From: Prochlorococcus marinus str. NATL2A | GTDB lineage: Bacteria; Cyanobacteriota; Cyanobacteriia; PCC-6307; Cyanobiaceae | Reading direction: 5' to 3' | NCBI RefSeq assembly: GCF_000012465.1 | Contig: NC_007335.2 | Span: forward strand, 1,170,001 to 1,202,000 | DNA: 32,000 bases | Shown here: piece after piece, positions 28,146-32,000 of the stretch | Layout: every line of letters starts with the position of its first letter | Position numbering within the stretch: the first letter of the stretch is position 1 | The notes under the pieces: generated by a model | The model's input: the letters and a program-made list of their open reading frames with translations, nothing else | What the model was told of the DNA's origin: nothing | The model's database searches: none | Made by a program: the position numbers and the translations under genes

Positions 28146-29462
28146 ATGAAAAAAGTTGGTATCGGTTTACTTGGCCTAGGAACTGTTGGCCAGGGTGTCG
28201 CAAATATAATAAGCCAACCAAAAGATAGGCATCCTTTGGTTGGAGAACTTGAGCTTGTAAGTGTCGCGGTAAGAAATCTCAAAAAGAAAAGAGATGTATC
28301 CATCCCAGATTCAATACTTACAACGAACCCAACTGAAATAATAAATAATCCCAATATTCAAATAGTTGTTGAAGTAATGGGCGGTATAGAGCCAGCTAGA
28401 TCATTAATTATCCAAGCGATAAGAGCAGGAAAATCTGTTGTTACTGCTAATAAAGCAGTAATTGCAAGACATGGTGAAGAGATTTCAAATGAAGCAAAAG
28501 CCGCTGGGGTTTATGTCCTCATTGAAGCAGCAGTTGGAGGGGGGATTCCAATAATTGAGCCTTTAAAACAATCTCTAGGAGGAAATCAGATAACAAAAGT
28601 AAGCGGAATAATAAATGGAACAACTAATTACATACTCTCCAGAATGGATAAAGAAGGAGTTAATTATGCTGAAGTTTTAAAAGATGCCCAAATCCTTGGT
28701 TATGCAGAAAGTGATCCTGCCGCTGATGTAGAGGGATCAGACGCAGCTGACAAAATCGCAATTCTTAGTGGCCTTGCTTTTGGTGGAGCAATTAATAGAG
28801 CTAACATACCAACAACCGGAATAAACCTACTAGAGGATATAGATGTTAACTACGCCAGGAAGTTAGGGTATGGAATCAAGCTTTTAGCAATATCCGAGAA
28901 AGGAGAAACTCAACCAACCAGTGAAGACAGTCAACCACTTTCCGTATGGGTTGAGCCAACTTTAGTACCTGAAGACAATCCATTAGCAGGCGTAAATGGA
29001 GTTAACAATGCAATCCTTGTAGAAGGTAATCCCATTGGCCAAGTAATGTTTTTCGGACCAGGTGCAGGTTCCGGCCCAACTGCATCAGCTGTTGTTGCAG
29101 ACATACTTAACATTGCAGGTATTCAGTCTATGAGTGAAGATAAAATCTTTAACTTAGACCCTCTTCTATCAGCGAAAGGTTGGAGAAGTTGTCATGTAGC
29201 AGAAAAGGAACAAATAACTAAAAAGAATTATATACGGCTTATTGCAGAGGATAGTCCAGGGGTAATTGGAGAAATCGGGACTATTTTTGGAAAGAAGAAA
29301 ATATCCATTGAATCAATTGTGCAATTTGATGCAAAGGATAAAAAAGCAGAGATAGTAGTTATTACTCACAAAATTAATCAAGGTCAACTTGAAGAGGCTC
29401 TTTTAGATATAGAAAACTTGCCACAAGTCAAGAGAATTGCATCACAGATGGGTTGCCTTTAG
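28146..29462 (+). CDS. hom: Homoserine dehydrogenase
   Basis: Motifs GLLGLGTVGQGV (NAD(P) fold), ANKAVIA, GIINGTTNYIL, DVEGSDAADKIAIL, and a C-terminal ACT-like domain. Confidence 0.93.
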   Translation: MKKVGIGLLGLGTVGQGVANIISQPKDRHPLVGELELVSVAVRNLKKKRDVSIPDSILTTNPTEIINNPNIQIVVEVMGGIEPARSLIIQAIRAGKSVVTANKAVIARHGEEISNEAKAAGVYVLIEAAVGGGIPIIEPLKQSLGGNQITKVSGIINGTTNYILSRMDKEGVNYAEVLKDAQILGYAESDPAADVEGSDAADKIAILSGLAFGGAINRANIPTTGINLLEDIDVNYARKLGYGIKLLAISEKGETQPTSEDSQPLSVWVEPTLVPEDNPLAGVNGVNNAILVEGNPIGQVMFFGPGAGSGPTASAVVADILNIAGIQSMSEDKIFNLDPLLSAKGWRSCHVAEKEQITKKNYIRLIAEDSPGVIGEIGTIFGKKKISIESIVQFDAKDKKAEIVVITHKINQGQLEEALLDIENLPQVKRIASQMGCL

Positions 29463-29518
29463 CTAACGAAAGCTAGTCAAATCGAAATTAAGTTGCTAAT
29501 TATATAAATAGAACAAAG

Positions 29519-29543
29519 GAAATTTTATCGTAAATTTCTTTTT
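29519..29543 (+). terminator. Weak AT-rich hairpin plus T-run downstream of hom
   Basis: GAAATTT (29519-29525) and AAATTTC (29532-29538) form a 7-bp stem with a 6-nt loop, followed by TTTTT. The all-A/T stem makes this low confidence. Confidence 0.3.
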
Positions 29544-29554
29544 GGAACGAAACC

Positions 29555-29773
29555 ATGAAAACATCCAAAAACGTAATTGAGAAAACCAGAAAAAAAACAG
29601 AAAAAAATATTAATCAAGGAGATTGTGTGTATCTAAAGAATCAAGAAGAACTTTTTCAAGTATTAGGTATAGATAATGCTTATGAAAAATGTTGGGTTAG
29701 GGAATGGCCTCTTAATGCTAATGGATCGCCTGTTTTCGAGATATCAATTAAGCAAGTATCTCCAAATCAATAA
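29555..29773 (+). CDS. Small hypothetical protein (72 aa), basic N-terminus with a compact C-terminal domain
   Basis: ATG ORF occupying the hom / ABC-transporter spacer. Lys-rich N-terminus (KTRKKTEKN), then GDCVYLKNQEELFQVLGID..KCWVREWPL..GSPVFEISIKQV. I cannot securely recognise a family. Confidence 0.45.
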   Translation: MKTSKNVIEKTRKKTEKNINQGDCVYLKNQEELFQVLGIDNAYEKCWVREWPLNANGSPVFEISIKQVSPNQ

Positions 29774-29815
29774 ATATTTTTCTCAGGTAGAAGTAATTAT
29801 AAAATCTCATACTAA

Positions 29816-31393
29816 ATGTTAAAACTAAATTGTATAAAAAATATTTTAAAAGTATCAAGTATTTTACTAATACTCTTGCAGTTATCTTGCTCCCAATATA
29901 AGAAAAGAGAAAATATTATTGTTGCAAGTGCAGGTAAAATTGAATCCCTTGACCCTGCTCAAGCAAATACACTTAGGACATTACAAATATTAAGCGCTCT
30001 TGGAGATACTCTATACAAAATAAATAAGGAAGGGAATCTATCACCAAGCTTAGCTAAAGATTTACCAAAAGTAAGTAAGAATGGTTTGCTAATAGATATT
30101 CCACTCAAAGAAAATATTTCTTTTCACGACGGAAGTATTTTCAATGCGGAAGCGATGGCATTTAGTCTTAATCGATTCAGAAAAATTGGAACTTTAAATT
30201 ATCTATTAAATGACAAAATAGAAGATATTGAAGTCAAAGGAAAATTTCTTTTAAGAATAAAATTAAAAAAACCATCGAGTTCATTAGCAAGTCTTTTAAC
30301 ATCAGTAAATTTGACACCTGTCTCTCCTAATTCATATTCAAACTATAAAGATAGTTTCAATAATAAAAAGTTTATAGGGACAGGACCTTATTTCTTAGAA
30401 AGTTTCAACTCAAGTCAACAAATAATAAAGCCATTCAAAAATTATTGGGGAGAAAAACCCCTAAATAAAGGTATTAACTTTATAAATTATAGTAATTCTA
30501 GTACTCTTTTTGGAGCTATCAAAACAAAGGAAGTTGACGTCCTGATCTCAAATTCTATAGATGATTTGCAGCGATTAACATTAAATAATATGGCTAAGAA
30601 AGATCAACTAAAATCAGGAGAGGGTGAACCAATAGAGATAGGATACATTACATTTAAAAGCAATAAATTACCTTTAAAAAATAAAGTAGTTAGGAAGGCT
30701 CTTTCCTACACTATTGATAGAGAATTAATTAGTCAACAAGTAAGTTTCGGAACAAGAGAACCATTAAGATCAATTGTGCCTCCTCAACTACATAAAAAAG
30801 AATTTAAGCCATGGCCTAAATATAATCCTAATACTGCAAGATCTTTATTAAAAACAGAAGGCTACTGTGGAACAGAAATTCTTTCTATTCCATTAACATT
30901 TAGATCTAATGTACCTGCAGATAAATTACTTGCCCTTACTTGGAGAGATCAAATCAAAAGAGATTTATCTGATTGTTTAGAAATAACTTTAAATGGAATT
31001 GAGTCAACCACAGTTTACAAACAACTTTCCGAAGGGGCTTTTGAAGCGGTTATATTAGATTGGACTGGGGCATATCCTGACCCAGAAGCATATTTAACTC
31101 CCTTACTAAGTTGTAATGAACTAAATAATAATTCTTGCCTCAAGGGTGAAGCTGTATTCAGTGGTAGTTTTTGGGGTGATAAAAAATTACAAGAACTCTT
31201 GGAGAAAAGTGAAGAACTAGAGGGAGAAAGCAGACTCAATAATTTGATAAAAGTTGAAAAACTTGCAGCACAAGGAGTTGCCTACTTACCAATTTGGCTC
31301 GTTAATCCTAAAGCTTGGTCTCTAAAAGATATAAGCCAACCAGAATTTTCAAAAGATGGATTAATTATCCTGAAAAACTTAGAAAGAGACTAG
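29816..31393 (+). CDS. ABC transporter substrate-binding protein, family 5 (peptide/nickel type), probable lipoprotein
   Basis: Signal-like N-terminus ending LLQLSCSQ (Cys after the hydrophobic core). 525 aa with family-5 hallmarks (GTGPY, FHDG). Immediately followed by a DppB-type permease. Confidence 0.85.
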   Translation: MLKLNCIKNILKVSSILLILLQLSCSQYKKRENIIVASAGKIESLDPAQANTLRTLQILSALGDTLYKINKEGNLSPSLAKDLPKVSKNGLLIDIPLKENISFHDGSIFNAEAMAFSLNRFRKIGTLNYLLNDKIEDIEVKGKFLLRIKLKKPSSSLASLLTSVNLTPVSPNSYSNYKDSFNNKKFIGTGPYFLESFNSSQQIIKPFKNYWGEKPLNKGINFINYSNSSTLFGAIKTKEVDVLISNSIDDLQRLTLNNMAKKDQLKSGEGEPIEIGYITFKSNKLPLKNKVVRKALSYTIDRELISQQVSFGTREPLRSIVPPQLHKKEFKPWPKYNPNTARSLLKTEGYCGTEILSIPLTFRSNVPADKLLALTWRDQIKRDLSDCLEITLNGIESTTVYKQLSEGAFEAVILDWTGAYPDPEAYLTPLLSCNELNNNSCLKGEAVFSGSFWGDKKLQELLEKSEELEGESRLNNLIKVEKLAAQGVAYLPIWLVNPKAWSLKDISQPEFSKDGLIILKNLERD

Positions 31394-31395
31394 TT

Positions 31396-32000
31396 TTGTC
31401 AACTAAAAAGGCCCTTTTCAAATATATCCTTTCAAGATTAACTCTATTGCCAATAATGCTTTGGATCATTTCGAGCTTAGTTTTTATATTGTTAAGAATT
31501 GCCCCAGGCGATCCGGTAGATGCAATTCTAGGCACTCGAGCGAATGAATTTGCAAGGGAAAGCCTAAGAATTAAACTTGGATTAGATAAACCTCTAATTA
31601 ATCAATATATTGAATATTTAAATCAATTAATTCATGGAAATTTAGGAATCTCATTAAACACACAAGAACCTGTAAAAGTAATTATTTCAAAGGCTCTTCC
31701 AGCAAGTTTGGAATTAGCTATATTTTCAATATTAATAGCATCATTATTAGGTTATTTAATTGGTTTTTTAGGAGCAGTTAAGCCAGAAAGCAAAATAGAT
31801 TTTTCAGGAAGGATTTTTGGCATTGGTACCTATGCTCTCCCCCCTTTCTGGGCAGCAATGTTAATTCAAATTATCTTCGCTGTTTTTTTAGGTTGGTTAC
31901 CCATTGGTGGAAGATTACCTCCTGGAGCTATCCCTCCGCCCCCAATCACTGGTTTCTTACTTTTAGATAGTATTTTAGATAAAAACGTTGAAATCATTTT
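31396..32000 (+). CDS. ABC transporter permease (DppB/OppB/NikB type), 3'-truncated by the window edge; absent from the ORF track
   Basis: My translation from TTG 31396 gives MSTKKALFKYILSRLTLLPIMLWIISSLVFILLRIAPGDPVDAILG...KPLINQYIEYLNQLIHGNLGISL.... It is open to base 32000. This is the classic N-terminus of binding-protein-dependent permeases. Confidence 0.85.
   Translation, partial: MSTKKALFKYILSRLTLLPIMLWIISSLVFILLRIAPGDPVDAILGTRANEFARESLRIKLGLDKPLINQYIEYLNQLIHGNLGISLNTQEPVKVIISKALPASLELAIFSILIASLLGYLIGFLGAVKPESKIDFSGRIFGIGTYALPPFWAAMLIQIIFAVFLGWLPIGGRLPPGAIPPPPITGFLLLDSILDKNVEII

Noticed and set aside
27816-28354. 101-aa and 72-aa minus-strand ORFs over sufE, the spacer and the hom 5' end
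   Set aside because: Both are antisense to well-supported genes (the SufE Cys motif and the Hom NAD fold). They have hydrophobic or low-complexity translations and no independent evidence.
1410-31239. The remaining short (60-97 aa) ORFs nested in or antisense to zwf, cobB, helicase, crtE, folD, HD hydrolase, crtL, gyrA, guaB, trxA, hisH, rsmD, chlI 5' region, hom and the ABC substrate-binding protein
   Set aside because: Each is fully embedded in a longer ORF with clear family motifs. None has a recognisable motif. Such ORFs are expected by chance in the antisense frames of AT-rich coding DNA.
1-32000. Search for an accessory island or novel defence or mobile system (integrase, transposase, tRNA attachment site, direct repeats, restriction-modification, toxin-antitoxin, CRISPR-Cas, phage genes, compositional breaks)
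   Set aside because: None was seen. Every large ORF is a recognisable housekeeping or photosynthesis-related gene in a compact arrangement, and composition looks uniform apart from the 13913-14224 spacer. I therefore do not claim a novel multi-gene system in this window.

Overview
This window reads as a densely packed, syntenic core-genome segment of a low-GC marine picocyanobacterium, most likely Prochlorococcus. That assignment is an inference from three things: AT-rich DNA, very short or overlapping spacers, and photosynthetic gene content. The genes in order are petH, zwf, opcA, cobB, a RecD/Dda-like helicase, a DUF212/PAP2-like protein, crtE, folD, a 7TM-HD hydrolase, two small ORFs, leuA, a GH57 enzyme, crtL, gyrA, guaB, Yfr1, trxA, hisH, rsmD-like, petG, cytM-like, a SpoU methylase, a class-A beta-lactamase-fold protein, chlI, ruvC, MTHFS, sufE, hom, a 72-aa ORF, and an ABC substrate-binding protein plus permease. 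Four items are missing or truncated in the ORF track. petH is open from base 1. A DppB-type permease runs off the 3' edge. petG (39 aa, minus strand) lies in the rsmD/cytM gap. The sRNA Yfr1 sits in the guaB-trxA spacer, where the track lists a spurious 64-aa ORF. I found no rRNA, tRNA, CRISPR array, transposase, integrase, restriction-modification, toxin-antitoxin or other defence-type genes, and nothing that looks like an accessory island. I therefore cannot support a claim of a novel multi-gene system here. The findings are smaller: an unlisted sRNA and micro-gene, a perfect 6-N8-6 NtcA-type palindrome in the only long AT-rich spacer, a perfect in-frame 18-bp tandem repeat in petH, unusual translational coupling and convergent overlaps, many forced non-ATG starts, and several conserved proteins of unknown or atypical function.
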